Source of the DNA: Eledone cirrhosa
Taxonomy: Eukaryota
Reading direction: 5' to 3'
NCBI GenBank assembly: GCA_964016885.1
Contig: OZ024742.1
Location: 124,868,001-124,932,000 of the forward strand
DNA: 64,000 bases
Shown here: piece by piece, positions 1 through 13,835 of the stretch
How the letters are laid out: each line of letters starts with the position of its first letter
Position numbering within the stretch: position 1 is the stretch's first letter
Notes under the pieces: generated by a model
Told to the model about the DNA's origin: nothing
Database searches by the model: none
Seen by the model: only the letters and a program-made list of their open reading frames with translations
Program-made: the position numbers and the translations under genes

Positions 1-130
1 GCCAAATAAAGAAAGGGGGCACCCAAACAAAAAACGGACCCCCCATAAATTAACGGGGCACCCAAATAAAAAACGAGGCAGCCAAATATAAAACGGGGCA
101 CCCAAATAAAAAAACGCAACACCCAAATAT
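1..130 (-). repeat. 20-21 bp minisatellite (GGGCACCCAAATAAAAAACG), reverse orientation; runs off the window start
   Basis: Several tandem degenerate copies of ggggcacccaaataaaaaaac. Confidence 0.9.
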
Positions 131-1200
131 TTAATAGGGGTGGTGGTACCGCGGTGTGGGCGTTATACTGTCTTAATTTATGATGGTTACTGAATGCTAT
201 GTGGCTAGCTAGGTTAGGTGTTGTGGAGAATGAGATTTTAATGTTAATTTTATTAAGAGCTTGTAATATCTATGGTTGGGGGGGGGGTTAGATAGGATAG
301 AGAAGAAGCGTTTGGGGATATTAGTGGCTAGATTAGATGAGAATGGGTGGTTAAACCTTGGTGATATTTCTAGGTCTATTCCTTCTAGGGGTTCTAGTGG
401 AGTTGGTAGGGGCCTTCCTAGGGTTATTATTACCTGGCGATTTGTTATTTGTCATCCCATTTCTTATTCCTATACTAGGGTTGATTTTTAGTTTGCTACT
501 TGGAGTGGAGAGCAGGCCGCTGCCACCATTAAAGTTCCCTGTATAGGTGCTGTTACTGCTAAAATTCCGGCGATTCTGGCTATATGCTAAGGTATTTCTA
601 GTTCTAGTGTTAAGTTTATTATGGTGAATTGCTGTGTTAAGGCATTTAGGTATGTAATAAATTGATTGTTCATAACCAGATTCAGAAAGAGCCTTGTTAT
701 AATATTGTGCGTGGTTTATAAACATCTCCTCATTTGCTGATAGCATTGAGATCCTATACGAGATAGATTTGATTACTGCTCAGATGACTGCCGGTGGGTG
801 GTTAGAGTGTGGGCTAATATATGTGAGTATTTCACCTGGTTTGTGGTAAGGGTAATATAGGTTATTGTTGAGATCCAGGGTGACGTCTAGGAAGTTTACT
901 ACTTTATGGTTCGGCTCGATGGTGATAGAGAGAACGTTATTTTTAAAAAGTTTATGTAATTGTTTTGGTAGCAAATCGATTCGCCGATTAGTGCAATTGT
1001 GGACTGCAAATAGGGCGTCGTCTCTGTATATTCCGCCTTGCGAGGGTTGAATTTCGGCTCCGATGTTACGTAATAGGTAAATCCCAACTAAATCGGTGAT
1101 TTGCGCGGAGTCACTTGAGCCCATCGTAATGTAAAAGTTGTCTGTTCTATCTTTTCTAGTCCAGAGTGTTTTTTTTAATATTATTATTCTCTACATTCGT
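131..1200 (-). pseudogene. Fragment of a Penelope-like (Hydra-type) reverse transcriptase C-terminal half and linker
   Basis: ORF 780-1124 reads MGSSDSAQITDLVG...GGIYRDD...VNFLDVTLDL..YYPYHKP..SNHPP and continues out of frame into 351-746 (YYNKALSESGY). It is homologous to the RT at 47821-48840. Confidence 0.9.
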
Positions 1201-1204
1201 TATT

Positions 1205-1382
1205 CCTTTATTTGGGTGCCCCGTTTTTTATTTGGGTGCCCGTTATTTATGGGGGTCCGTTTTTTATTTGGGTGCCCCGTTTTTTATTTGGGTACCGCGT
1301 TTTTTATTTGGGTGCCCCGTTTTTGATTTGGGTGCAGCGTTTTTTATTTGGGTGCCCCAAATAAAAAACGGGGCACCCAATT
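1205..1382 (+). repeat. Same 20-21 bp minisatellite (TTTTTATTTGGGTGCCCCG), switching orientation at about 1355
   Basis: Tandem units; the junction ttttttatttgggtgccccaaataaaaaacg is palindromic. Confidence 0.9.
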
Positions 1383-1416
1383 AAAATACTGCCAAATATA
1401 ATATATTATATTATTT

Positions 1417-1578
1417 GGCAGAATCGGACACCATGCTTTGAAGCATAGAGTTACGTCCCTTTATGGTCTGAGTTCAAATCCCGCCGAGGTTAACTTTGCC
1501 TTTCATCCTTACGGGGTCGATAAAATAATGTACCAGTAATGTAATGCTGGTCTTGTGCCTAAAATAGAAACAATTATA
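1417..1578 (+). mobile_element. tRNA-derived SINE (octopus-type, Meta-domain-like core)
   Basis: B-box-like gagttcaaatccc followed by gccgaggttaactttgcctttcatccttacggggtcgataaaata..taccag. Further copies at 13.7, 24.2, 30.0, 36.0 and 57.2 kb. Confidence 0.85.
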
Positions 1579-1639
1579 TTATATTATATTATAATATAAT
1601 ATAATATAATATAATATTATATTATATTATATTATATTA

Positions 1640-3323
1640 TATAAAACGGGGCACCCAAATAAAAAACGTACCCCCCACCATAAAAAACGCGCACCCCCAA
1701 AATAACCGGGGCACCCAAATAAAAAACGGGGCACCCAAATAAAAAACGGACCCCCCTCCAATAAAAAACGGGCAACCAATAAGAAAACGGAGCACCCAAA
1801 TAAAAAAACCGGGCACCGAAATAAAAAACGGACCCCCCCCCCCGTTTTTCATATGGGTGCCCCGTTTTTTTAATTAGGTGCCCCGTTTTTTATTTGGGTG
1901 CCCCGTTTTTTTATTTGGGGGCCCCGTTTTTTACTTGGGTGCCCCGTTTTTTTATTTGGGTGCCCCGTTTTTTAATTTGGGTGCACCATTTTTTATTTGG
2001 GTGACCCGTTTTTTTATTTGGGTGCCGTTTTTTTATGGGGGTCCGTTTTTTATTTTGGTGCACCGTGTTTTTATTTGGGTGCCCCGTTTTTTATTTGCGT
2101 GCCTCGTTTTTTATTTGGGTGCCCCGTTTTTTATGGGGGGGGGTTCGTTTTTTATTTGGATGCCCCCGTTTTTTATTTGGGTGCCCCGTTTTTTATTTGG
2201 GTGACCAGATTTTTTATTTGGGTGCCCCGTTTTTTATTTGAGTGCCCCGTTTTTTTTATTTGGGTGCCCCGTTTTTTATTTGGGTGCCCCGTTTTTTTAT
2301 TTGGGTGCCCCGTTTTTTAATTGGGTGCCCCGTTATTTCATTCGGGTGCCCCTTTTTATAATTTGGGTGCCCCGTTTTTTATTTGGGTGACCCGTTTTTT
2401 TTATTTGGGTGCCACGTTTTTTTATGGGGGTCCGTTTTTTATTTGGGTGCCCCGTTTTTTTATTTGGGTTCCCTGTTTTTTATTTGGGTGCCCCGTTTTT
2501 TATTTGGTGCCCCGTTTTTTATGTAGGTGCTCCGTTTTTTATTTGGGTGCCCCGTTTTTTATTTGGGTCCCGTTTTTTATTTGAGTGCCCCGTGTTTATT
2601 TGGGTGCCCCGTTTTTTTATTTGGGTGCCCCGTTTTTTAATTGGGTGCCCCGTTATTTCATTCGGGTGCCCCTTTTTATAATTTGGGTGCCCCGTTTTTT
2701 ATTTGGGTGACCCGTTTTTTTTATTTGGGTGCCACGTTTTTTTATGGGGTCCGTTTTTTATTTGGGTGCCCCGTTTTTTTATTTGGGTGCCCTGTTTTTT
2801 ATTTGGGTGCCCCGTTTTTTATTTGGCGCCCCGTTTTTTATGTAGGTGCTCCGTTTTTTATTTGGGTTTTTTATTTGGGTGCCCGTTTTTTTATTTGGGT
2901 GCCCCGTTTTTATTTGGGTGCCCCGTTTTTTAATTGGGTGCCCCGTTATTTCATTCGGGTGCCCCTTTTTATAATTTGGGTGCCCCGTTTTTTATTTGGG
3001 TGACCCGTTTTTTTTATTTGGGTGCCACGTTTTTTTATGGGGTCCGTTTTTTATTTGGGTGCCCCGTTTTTTTATTTGGGTGCCCTGTTTTTTATTTGGG
3101 TGCCCCGTTTTTTATTTGGCGCCCCGTTTTTTATGTAGGTGCTCCGTTTTTTATTTGGGTTTTTTATTTGGGTGCCCGTTTTTTTATTTGGGTGCCCCGT
3201 TTTTATTTGGGTGCTCCGTTTTTTTATTTGGGGCTCCGTTTTTTTATTTGGATGCCCGTTTTTTATTGGGGGGGGGTCCGTTTTTTATTTGGCTGCCCCG
3301 TGTTTTTATATGGGTGCCCCGTT

Positions 3324-3330
<7 letters not shown>
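1640..3330. repeat. Minisatellite array with inverted halves (reverse 1640-1835, forward 1840-3330) and ~300 bp higher-order repeats; foldback-like element
   Basis: Begins ataaaacggggcaccc and ends gggtgccccgtttgtttta, with TA-rich tracts on both sides. The marker ttaattgggtgccccgttatttcattcgg recurs at about 2317, 2637 and 2930. Confidence 0.85.
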
Positions 3331-3358
<28 letters not shown>

Positions 3359-3363
<5 letters not shown>

Positions 3364-4270
3364 TCAAGTTATCAATAATGTAGTGATAATATATCGTCAC
3401 CTTAGAGATGAACAGCGTACGTGTACGTTTACTCAACGAGTATAAATTATATTCCGGAGAAAATGTAGAAAAGATGAATATAAAATGAAAGTACTTTTAT
3501 AAAAGAATTTATTAGTATTATGAAATCCAAAAATATTTTATTAAATAACAGAATAGAGTGATCGTTATACTGTAACCATCGCTTGAAATCTACATTTTCA
3601 TATTACACACGCTACCAGCTTTGAACGCCTGCCTCCATCTCCGTTTGATTGTCAAAATACATATTAACATTCTCTATTAGTCTTAATTATATCAACCCTT
3701 GTATTCTTTACCATTTAATATAAACTGCTATAGATAAAATGAGATTTCTTAATTCAATTCCCTAATGCATATACCAGCAGGCTACCAGCATTGTTGTTAT
3801 ACAGTAGCAGTGAAAATCTCCCTCTTCCTTACTTGACACTTTATATCTGTATTAATACTACTACACCAAACGACCAGCCCTGTCCATTATTCAATTGGTC
3901 AAATATAGATTAAACTAGGCACTCCCAAACATTCTTATTTATATAAAATAAGCCATATACTCATTGTATTCTCATTAAAAACCTTCTATATACTTGTTTA
4001 CCAGCAAATTGAATTGCCATCTGTCATATACTATCCCTACTCTTCTTCCTTTCTTACAACTAATATAAATACTTCAATTTTTCTGATTTTTTTCTAATTT
4101 ATCCAATATCTCTGAAGAGGTGACAACTGATTATACATTTGCTATCGAATACTTGCTAACATTATATGATTACGCAAAAAGCGATACATAGGTATTCCGT
4201 CTGTTACAGAAACATATGTCAATACCTAATAAATTCCTTTATAAAAGAACTTTCATTTTATATTCATCTT

Positions 4271-4275
<5 letters not shown>
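3359..4275. mobile_element. Non-coding PLE 3' end remnant with partial inverted repeat (3466-3518 vs 4222-4275) between (TA)n tracts
   Basis: tagaaaagatgaatataaaatgaaagt is the reverse complement of actttcattttatattcatcttttcta. Contains an HHR-like core. Confidence 0.6.
4105..4225 (+). ncRNA. Degenerate hammerhead ribozyme with long stem II
   Basis: CTGAAGA g gtgaca...tgttac a GAAAC ATAT GTC; stem III is palindromic (ACATATGT); stem I is poorly paired. Confidence 0.5.
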
Positions 4276-4319
<44 letters not shown>

Positions 4320-4320
<1 letters not shown>

Positions 4321-4755
4321 GGGGTAACAAATTATTGTTATAAGTAGTCCATTTAAGTGTAGTCCAGTTATGGTACTCCGGTTAGTGGATGATATCAACG
4401 CTTGGCTAAGTTTGACTCAACAAGGCGTCTCCATAATGATGTTGCGAGTACGCTGTAATTCCTATGTTGTAAACACTTGGAATAATGATAAATCAGGAAA
4501 GAAGAGTGACACGGTTTGCAATACAAAAAAGGTTTTTAATCTCATTGGTGACAATTGTTTCTCTGAACTGGTAGGTCTAGAGATCGCTACCCGCTTGTTT
4601 TCACGTTATTCGATCACCAATACAAAGTTATAACCAGTCAATTCAACAAAAGGGTAGCGATCTTTAGACCTACCAGTTCAGAGAAACATTTGTCACCAAT
4701 GAAATTAAAAACCTTTTTTGTGTGCAACCCGTGTCACTCTTTTTTCCTGATTTAT
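4320..4755 (-). mobile_element. Small foldback PLE remnant (arms 4488-4592 / 4652-4755, tail 4320-4487)
   Basis: ~100 bp inverted repeat containing the HHR half GAAAC AATT GTC, flanked by (TA)n. Confidence 0.65.
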
Positions 4756-4761
4756 ATATAT

Positions 4762-5105
4762 ACACCTGTCCCCACATCACCAACAACACCACCTTCCAGG
4801 GTCCCAACGGCCACTCTCTCTCTGTCCGGCATGCCTTCCGCTGCACCTCCTCCAACCTAGTCTACGACTTATGACGGACAGACAGGACGTCGCCTGGCGA
4901 ACCGATTCACTGAGCACCTCCGGGATATTCGTCTCGGGGGTAGTTCCCCCATCGCCCGCCACTTTGGTGTCCCTGGACATTCCGCACGCCATCTCACAGT
5001 CTGTGGCCTACTCCAGTGCCACGGAACACCCGCCAATCGCCTTAATGTCGAACAACGAACCATCTTCATCTTACAGACCCACACTCCCCCCAGCCTGAAC
5101 TCCCC
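4762..5105 (+). pseudogene. GIY-YIG endonuclease remnant of a Neptune-like PLE (not in the ORF track)
   Basis: Manual translation: TCPHITNNTTFQGPNGHSLSVRHAFRCTSSNLVY / YDGQTGRRLANRFTEHLRDIRLGGSSPIARHF..GHS...RLNVEQRTIFILQTHTPPSLN, with an internal deletion or frameshift. Confidence 0.85.
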
Positions 5106-6300
5106 ACCCTTATTCCTTTAGCCTTCGACCGCCCCCTCCCCCCACACATATCCCCCACTAACACCACTAACACCCCCCCCCCCCCCTTTTTTCACCGCCC
5201 ACCCCACAACTAACAATACTAACATCTCCACTCCACCCTTCCTCTGACCACCCTTCCCCAACTAACATACTAACATCCCTCCCTTCTTCTCCTCCTCCCC
5301 CCTCCTTATCACACGCACACACCCACCGGCACATATATACACGCGCTCACACTAAACACACACCCTCTACCACCACTAACCCTCACCGCCACACCTCTCC
5401 TCCCCACACCTCCATCCCACCACCCCGCAACTAACCCCACTAACAACGCCTAACCCCAAGCACACGAACACACGCACCCACTTACACCACCCACCCCACA
5501 CGCAACTAACATCACTAACACCCCCAACCCCACGCACACTTACCCACACACCCTCGTACACCACTAACTCTAAACACGCTACCACCACTAACCCTCACTC
5601 ACACCTGCATTCAACCCCTCCCCACCTCCCGTATACTAACACCCACTAACACCCCTTCATCAAACTACACACACACACCAGTACACCACACTCCCTCCAT
5701 AGAACCACACACACCCTTCTCTCCCCGCTCCACCCACACCCTCTCTCCACACTCACTCATCCCACTAACACCTCTACTAATACACACACACACACCCTCC
5801 TCACTCCAACTTTCACACCTACCCATCCTCGCCCATTTACCATTCCACCGACTGCTGCTATGCCCTCTGACCACCTCCCAGCACAAACAGACACACAGCA
5901 CTCCCACTGCTTGACCACTTCCTGTTGCGCGCGCACCCCACATCTCTCCTCTTCCGACCATCGCTTCATGGAATACCTGCACGCAGAAATTGACCAACCC
6001 AGAATCCACTAAACACATTTGGAATTTACCTACTTTTCAACCATCCTCTTACGTAATCACCTATATAACTCACCCACACACACACCCCCAAAACATTTTT
6101 TTCTCCACACGCCACCTACACCCACAACACGCTTAAACCCCACACACACGTGCTTTCCACCACATATTTACACCCTCAGCCTCCTGATTCCTCTCCCCCA
6201 CCCCTCTATCCACACACGCACAGACACTCCGACCCACAAACACCCCCACACACACCTCTTCCTGAACATGCAACACCGTTCTTCCCCCAACCCTTACTTT

Positions 6301-6349
<49 letters not shown>

Positions 6350-6660
6350 ACACCTACACACACACACACCACCTTCAGCCCTCCCCGCTCGGACACCCCG
6401 TCTCCCTCTCCCCACTCCACCCGCCACCACCCCTACACACCCCACACCCTTCCACCACCTGTTTTACCCCCCTTTTAATTTCAGTTTATTTTGATCATGC
6501 TTTTATATTTAAATTTATTTCCTTCCTTGTACATTGATCATGCTTTATTTTTATTTTTATCTTTATTTTTTTTATTTTTTCATTCGCACCGTTTCCTTTC
6601 GCTATATGTCTCTCCACCACTCCCCTACACACCCTTTGAACTCTGTTCCCACACACTTCT

Positions 6661-6694
6661 CACCTGAGGAAGGGCTTATGCCCGAAACGTCGTC
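6661..6694 (+). ncRNA. Minimal (dimer-type) hammerhead ribozyme
   Basis: ac CTGAGGA a GGGC ttat GCCC GAAAC GTC gt; stem III is palindromic (ACGT); stem I has only 2 bp. Confidence 0.7.
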
Positions 6695-6781
6695 CCCCAC
6701 CAACACCCCACACTCCAGAGCGTGAAATTAATAAACATTCGTTGTACTGCCTCTCTGTTTTGTCCCTGTTCAAATTTTTCC

Positions 6782-6840
<59 letters not shown>

Positions 6841-6884
6841 TTGTGTGTGTGTGTGAGTGTGTGTGCGTGTGTGTGTGTTTGTGT

Positions 6885-7146
6885 CTTAGGTAATTCCGAA
6901 GGAAAAGCAAAGGAGAAAACTGGGCTCTATATATAAAACAGTGGTATTTAATTAGAAAGTGAACAACACAAAATATAACTACTCCATTACCAAAGGTTTC
7001 TGGATCCCAGACAATATTAATATACGTATGGATCAGTCGTAAGACAGAGATGTTATGATCGATGTCTGATGTCCGATCCAGACGTATATTAATATTGTCT
7101 GGGATATGGAGTAATATATTTTTTTGTGTTGTTCACTATCTAATTC
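6885..7146 (-). mobile_element. Small foldback PLE remnant (arms ~6951-7047 / ~7063-7146) with split HHR
   Basis: Inverted repeat. The left arm (minus) keeps GAAAC ctttg GTA; the right arm keeps CTGATG but has lost the GAAAC segment. Confidence 0.6.
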
Positions 7147-7187
7147 TATATATATATATATACATCCAAATATACTTATGAAAACAG

Positions 7188-7260
<73 letters not shown>

Positions 7261-7279
7261 CCTGTTTTCCTTCAGTTGC

Positions 7280-7952
<673 letters not shown>

Positions 7953-7971
<19 letters not shown>

Positions 7972-8158
7972 CGTTTAAATATTTAAACGTTCAAAACGTA
8001 TGCAACTCCATCGAAAAACTTAAATATTTCGAAAACGTTCGTTTAAATATTTAAACGTTCAAAACGTATGCAACTCCATCGAAAAACTTAAATATTTCGA
8101 AAACGTTCGTTTAAATATTTAAACGTTCAAAACGTATGCAACTCCATCGAAAAACTTA
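7953..8158 (+). repeat. Perfect 68-bp tandem triplication at the 5' junction of the Naiad-like PLE
   Basis: Unit taaatatttcgaaaacgttcgtttaaatatttaaacgttcaaaacgtatgcaactccatcgaaaaact starts at 7953, 8021 and 8089. Confidence 0.9.
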
Positions 8159-11100
8159 TGAATACCAACACAGAACAAACGACATTGCTCCATATCAAAA
8201 ACCAAATGGGACACCTCTGGAAAAAACATCTAAAAACCAGAAAATTCACTTTCTGGAATATGATAAAAAACCTCAACAAAGCTGGAATTTAGCAAAAATA
8301 GATTAACTCAACACCGATAGTTTTACCACGTAAATTCCAAATAAAGCATATTACAAACGAACCTGAACCAGAAAGAAAACTCCGTGAACAAATGTCACTC
8401 AACAGGATAAACATGGAAATAGAACTCCTAAAATTAAGGGCCACCTCAAACGAGCAAGAGTATAAGGATACTGATAAAAATATGGAGGAAGAATGCACTA
8501 AAAAGGCCGAGGGAACAACCCTACAAAATTTAATCAAATCGTGGAAACAGGACTGCGAGAATGCAGAAATTATTTCCCTTAAACGGTGGGAAAAATCCGA
8601 AAACTGGTTCCTCAAATATGAAGAAGACTTTAAAAGGACGCACCAAACAGGTAACCCCTTTATAAAGCATTTCAACATAACAAGAACTACAACAGACACA
8701 TTTACACCACCAAACCCAACACACACTAACCACAGGCACACCCCCCACCAACACAAACCAAATACGGCCAACTACACCAAAAGAAACACTCCCAACCACC
8801 ACAATACAGGTTTCCGTAGAAATGCCCCCTACATAAACCAACGACGAAATAACATAGATCCAACTCACAACACACACACACCACATTCCCCAGAAGAAAT
8901 CCACCCAGACCACTTGAAATCACAACAGAACTTACCCACAACCACACCAGACATCACCCTCAATCCAACAAAAGACAACCCCCCAACCTCAACACTCTGT
9001 ACCACAGAAATAACGCACCCAGACCACATGAACCAACAACAGAACCCTTGCTCATCAACAACCACAACACATACCACCCCCCACCATCACATTCACCCTC
9101 ATGAAACAACAAGCTACAGACCCACACGCAACAGACCAACAAAATTTAATCACACACAAAACTACATTCCTTTTTTAGGGAAAAGCCTGAAATACCAGGA
9201 TACTCGATGCCCCCCCCCCCCTCAGGAGAAACCAAAAATAATCAACCTCTCAAAGACACCTCTAACCAACACACAAATCAACATTTTAAGTAAGGGCCTG
9301 AAATTTACACCTACACCACGTAAACCAAACTTCCCCGAAATGAAGGATGACATCATGGAATACTGCCGAAAGCTGCGACTAACGGAATTCTTCCACAACG
9401 ACACCAACACTGAAGACGAATCACTGGTTAGAAATAAAAGCAATTTCTGCCCACAAAAGGGAAGAAATAAAGCACTGGACACGTACTGCGAACACATCAC
9501 CAACTTTCCCTATGAAAAAATTACAAATAAACACACGAAATCAAACCTATCTACACACGAATGGGAAGAATTATTCACACTTAGAAACAACCCTGAGATA
9601 ACTATCAAAGAAGCCGATAAAGGCAGTACTGTTGTCATTATGAATACGGACTACTATAGGACCCTCGCACTTAACATTTTAGAAAACAACACATACTATG
9701 AAAAAACAGAAAACTACAAACACACCAAAACAATGGGGAACCTTTTGACCTTACTGAATAAATACCGCAACAGCTTAACCACAAAAGAGTTTAACTATAT
9801 AAGCCACTTCAAATGCAATACAAGCTCTATTTACGGCTTACCGAAACTCCACAATGTAAACCCATAAACGATGCACGTGACACCTCAACCAACAATTACA
9901 TTGAACTAACACCACCAGAAGACCTAAAACTCAGGCCAATTATAGCAGGCCCTACATGTGAAACCCACAGACTTAGCAACTTTCTGGACATCCTACTGAA
10001 ACCCTTTCTACAACATATACAGAGCTACATACGAGATGACCTTGACATGCTGAAACACCTCCCTAAAACAGTAAGTGCAAATACAATTCTTGTCTCCTTT
10101 GACGTAATAAACCTCTACACAAACATACCCCACAACTATGGAATAACAGCAGCCCAATACTGGCTTAATACACACCCATCAGAAATACCGACACGCATCA
10201 ACACAGATTTTATCACTGACGGACTCCGCTTTATCCTACAAAATAACTACTTCACATTCAATGGTTCAACATACAGACAAGTATCAGGTACGGCAATGGG
10301 CACGAAAGTAGCACCCACATATGCCAACCTAGTCATGGGATTCCATGAACAACAAATATACAGTCAATCCCTTCTCTTATTTGGAGACTCTTTCCACACA
10401 CACCTCAAAGCCAATTGGAAAAGATATCTAGACGACTGCTTTATCCTATGGCAAGAAAACATGAACTCACTTACTACGTTTAAAAGCATGATAAACAACA
10501 TAGATAATAACATACAATTCACAATGGAATCCAATCCTAAGGAATTAGCCTTCTTGGATATTCTCATCTCTGTAATAGACGGGAAATTAGATACAGATAT
10601 ATTCTATAAACCCACAGATTCCAAGCAATACCTCTTTTTCACATCAAGTCACCCAAAACATACAAAACTTAACATTCCTTACAATTTGGCCAAACGTATA
10701 TGTACCATAGTATCATATCCACCTAAACGGGAGCAAAGACTAAAGGAACTAAAAGACACCCTTATCTTAAGAGCCTTTCCACTTGAAATAATCAACAATG
10801 GAATAGACAGGGCAAAACACCTAAATCCCCATCAACTTAACAATCCAAAACAGAAAACCACACTTAACACCCTGCCATATGTATCCACTTTCAACCCCAG
10901 AAATACCGAAATGTTTGATCACCTACACAAAAACCTCCCCATCCTACTTAAAGATGTAAAAATGAAGTCTATTCTTGAAACACACAAGATCCTTAAAAGT
11001 AAAAGACAACCCAAATCACTTAAACGCATTCTCACTGGTGGACCAAATATACCCAAACCAATCCTCAACCCTACAGTTACCAAATGTGGTAGAACAAACT

Positions 11101-11489
11101 GTGGAACGTGCCTCTACCTCACTGAAGGACAAACATTTACATTCAAAGATGGCCAAACATTTACAGTAAAAAACAATTTCACCTGCAACTAGGAGAACTT
11201 GATTTACGCAATAACTTGCGGTGGGTGCAAACACAACTACATAGGACAGACGGGTACCTCATTACGCAAAAGAATGACCATCCACCGCCAACAAATCCGG
11301 GACGCTAACACAAGAAAAATCTCCTTGAGCAGCCATATTGCGAACTGCGCAGGAATGACACTACCCAACTTTAAAATCTTCCCCTTCTACAAGTGCTCAG
11401 ATTCGTTCACACAGCAACAAAGAATAAACAAAGAAAATCTATTCCTTAACAAATTTAAACCAAAACTAAACGGGTTATCACCCCAATAG
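8142..11489 (+). pseudogene. Near full-length PLE polyprotein (N-terminal region, RT, CxxxxCxxC linker, GIY-YIG), Naiad-like; disrupted
   Basis: Motifs KGLKFTPTP, KEADKG, YGLPKLH, LRPIIAG, SFDVINLYTNIP, GTAMGTKVAPTYANL, WKRYLDD, FLDI, KCGRTNCGTC, LIYAITCGGCKHNYIGQTG. TAG stops at about 8290-8301 and 11190; frameshift at about 9855. Confidence 0.93.
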
Positions 11490-11944
11490 AATTGTCATAA
11501 AATATAAACACACATACGTACGGAATCACTACTATTAAAGACCAGAGACCAATTCTGTAGAATCAGGTTTATTCGTTGACAGATCATGCCTTTGTGTGAC
11601 CAACACATCCATGTTAAACCCTGCACGTGCACACACATATATCTATATATATATATATATGCGCACACAGAATTCACCACTGTCGGTTGCGGGGCCCAAT
11701 CTACATGAAGAACTCAATGTGATCAGAATGACTTGTATTTTAATTTCACTGTCCCAACTTCTTATATTATGGAAAAAATATATGTGTATGTATGTATATA
11801 TATATATATTTGGAGGCCATTTCTCTGTGTGTGGGTGTATGTATGTGTATATGTGTGTGTGTGTGTATGTGTGTGCGTTTGGATGTATGTATTGTGTGTG
11901 CGTGTGTGTGTGTGTGTATGTATGTGTGTATCTGGATGTATGCG

Positions 11945-11989
<45 letters not shown>

Positions 11990-12126
11990 ATATATATGTG
12001 TGTGTATGTCTATATATATGTGTGTGTGTGTGTATGTTTGTATGTGTGTATGTATATATATATATATGTGTGTGTGTGTATGTATGTGTGGGTATGTGTG
12101 TATATATATATATATATATATGTGTG

Positions 12127-12163
<37 letters not shown>

Positions 12164-12204
12164 ATGTATGTGTGTATCTGGATGTATGTGTATGTATATA
12201 TATA

Positions 12205-12235
<31 letters not shown>

Positions 12236-12314
12236 GTGTGTGTATGTGTATATATGTGTGTGTGTGTGTGTGTATGTGTGTATGTATATGTATGTGTGTG
12301 TGTATGTATGTGTG

Positions 12315-12359
<45 letters not shown>

Positions 12360-12725
12360 GTGGATGTATATGTATATGTATGTATGTGTGGATGAAGGTA
12401 TGTGTGTATATATAGGTGTAAGTGCCCTAAATCCCTTTCTATCACGCTCCACTCTCCTACCCACCACAGGAAGTTATGTGTATGTATATTGCTTCCACCC
12501 CCTCACTGACCAGCAGCTGGCAAGTTGGCCATTGCTAAATGTGACCTTTATAAAATAACCCACACCCCAAATAACTTCTCATTCACTACCAGAAAGGGAC
12601 ACAGCAGTCAACCTGTTGCTACCTAGATGAAAACTACTATGAAATCCCACAATGAATTTTATACTTGAATTTTCAAATCTCAAATTTTAACTCTTCGTAT
12701 TATTAATTTGTCTTAATATTAATCA

Positions 12726-12771
12726 ACATTTGAAAAGATGGCTTTTGCAGACCCATCGAAACCGGTCATTT
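12726..12771 (+). ncRNA. Hammerhead ribozyme, U3-A8 core variant
   Basis: TTGAAAA gatgg cttttgcagac ccatc GAAAC CG GTC; stem II gatgg/ccatc; palindromic stem III ACCGGT; weak stem I. Confidence 0.6.
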
Positions 12772-12914
12772 TTTATACCCTTTATTATTTCCTTACCTTA
12801 TAAAATTATATGTTTTTTCACAAAAAAGTATTCTGTCTCTTATATATTCCATGTGCCATTACCAACCTCAATTTTCTCTATAACCTTCGTTTTGTGTAGA
12901 AAATTACACTTTTC

Positions 12915-13063
<149 letters not shown>

Positions 13064-13088
13064 ATATATATATGTATATATATATGTG

Positions 13089-13172
<84 letters not shown>

Positions 13173-13604
13173 TGTATGTTTATGTGGAGGGAGAGGAAAC
13201 AGGGGCCGGGTTGTTGCTTCAAAAAATGTATTTAAAAATAAGTGGAAAGCAAGAACGGGGGATAATTACCCTTCATCCGTTGTCTGCATGGACATTTCTA
13301 CGCCAAATTCAAGATGTCTCGCTCCACTGAGATAACTAAAATAAGTTATTGGGGAAGAAATAAATATCGTTTTTCTTTTACATAAACACAATAAATATAT
13401 GTTAGAGATAGGTGGAGAAGTTAAACACAGCTCAAAATAGAGTAATTTATTATAAAAGCTATACAAAAGGCTATGTATCATACCCCTTGAAAGACTTTTC
13501 CAAAATGGCTGTATACAAACTCCTATTGCGCTAAAGATAACAATTATACTAGAAGCAAATTATTAATTAAAATAGACACCAAATATAATTAATACATTAA
13601 ATGT

Positions 13605-13649
13605 TGATTTACAAACGTTTCATCCCTTTCTTGGGACTTTTCAAAACCA
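13605..13649 (-). ncRNA. Hammerhead ribozyme, U3-A8 core variant
   Basis: Minus strand: tggtt TTGAAAA gtccc aagaaa gggat GAAAC gttt GTA aatca. Confidence 0.65.
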
Positions 13650-13659
13650 GTTATTTAAT

Positions 13660-13835
13660 AATTGTTTCTATATTAGTCTCAAGGCCAGCAAATACCCAGT
13701 GCATTACTGGTACTTTATTTTATCGACCCTGTAAGGATAAAAGGCAAAGTCAACCTCGGCGCGATTTGACTCAGATCGTAAAGGGACGTAACTATGCTGG
13801 AAAGCATGGCGTCCGACCCTCTACCGATACTGCTA
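13660..13835 (-). mobile_element. tRNA-derived SINE (same family as 1417)
   Basis: ctggtactttattttatcgaccctgtaaggataaaaggcaaagtcaacctcggc. Confidence 0.85.

Larger units (their letters stand above)
4762..6783 (+). mobile_element. 5'-truncated Neptune-like PLE with C/A-rich 3' UTR, HHR and AATAAA, inserted in (TA)n
   Basis: EN remnant, long CA-rich UTR, HHR at 6661, aataaa at about 6730, TA tracts on both sides. Confidence 0.75.

Noticed and set aside
1640-3330. CRISPR array or telomeric repeat
   Set aside because: Units are contiguous with no unique spacers, there are no cas genes, the context is eukaryotic, and the unit is not TTAGGG-like.
1138-3445. ORFs of repeated FYLGAPFFIWVPRFLFGCPV
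   Set aside because: They are translations of the 20-21 bp minisatellite in all frames.
8289-11234. Antisense ORFs over the PLE coding regions
   Set aside because: They are shadows of the A/C-rich sense strand with no recognisable motifs.
8142-11489. Selenocysteine recoding, which is known for some Naiad elements
   Set aside because: The in-frame stops seen are TAG, not TGA; conserved Cys codons are TGC/TGT; and a frameshift is present. This is simple decay.
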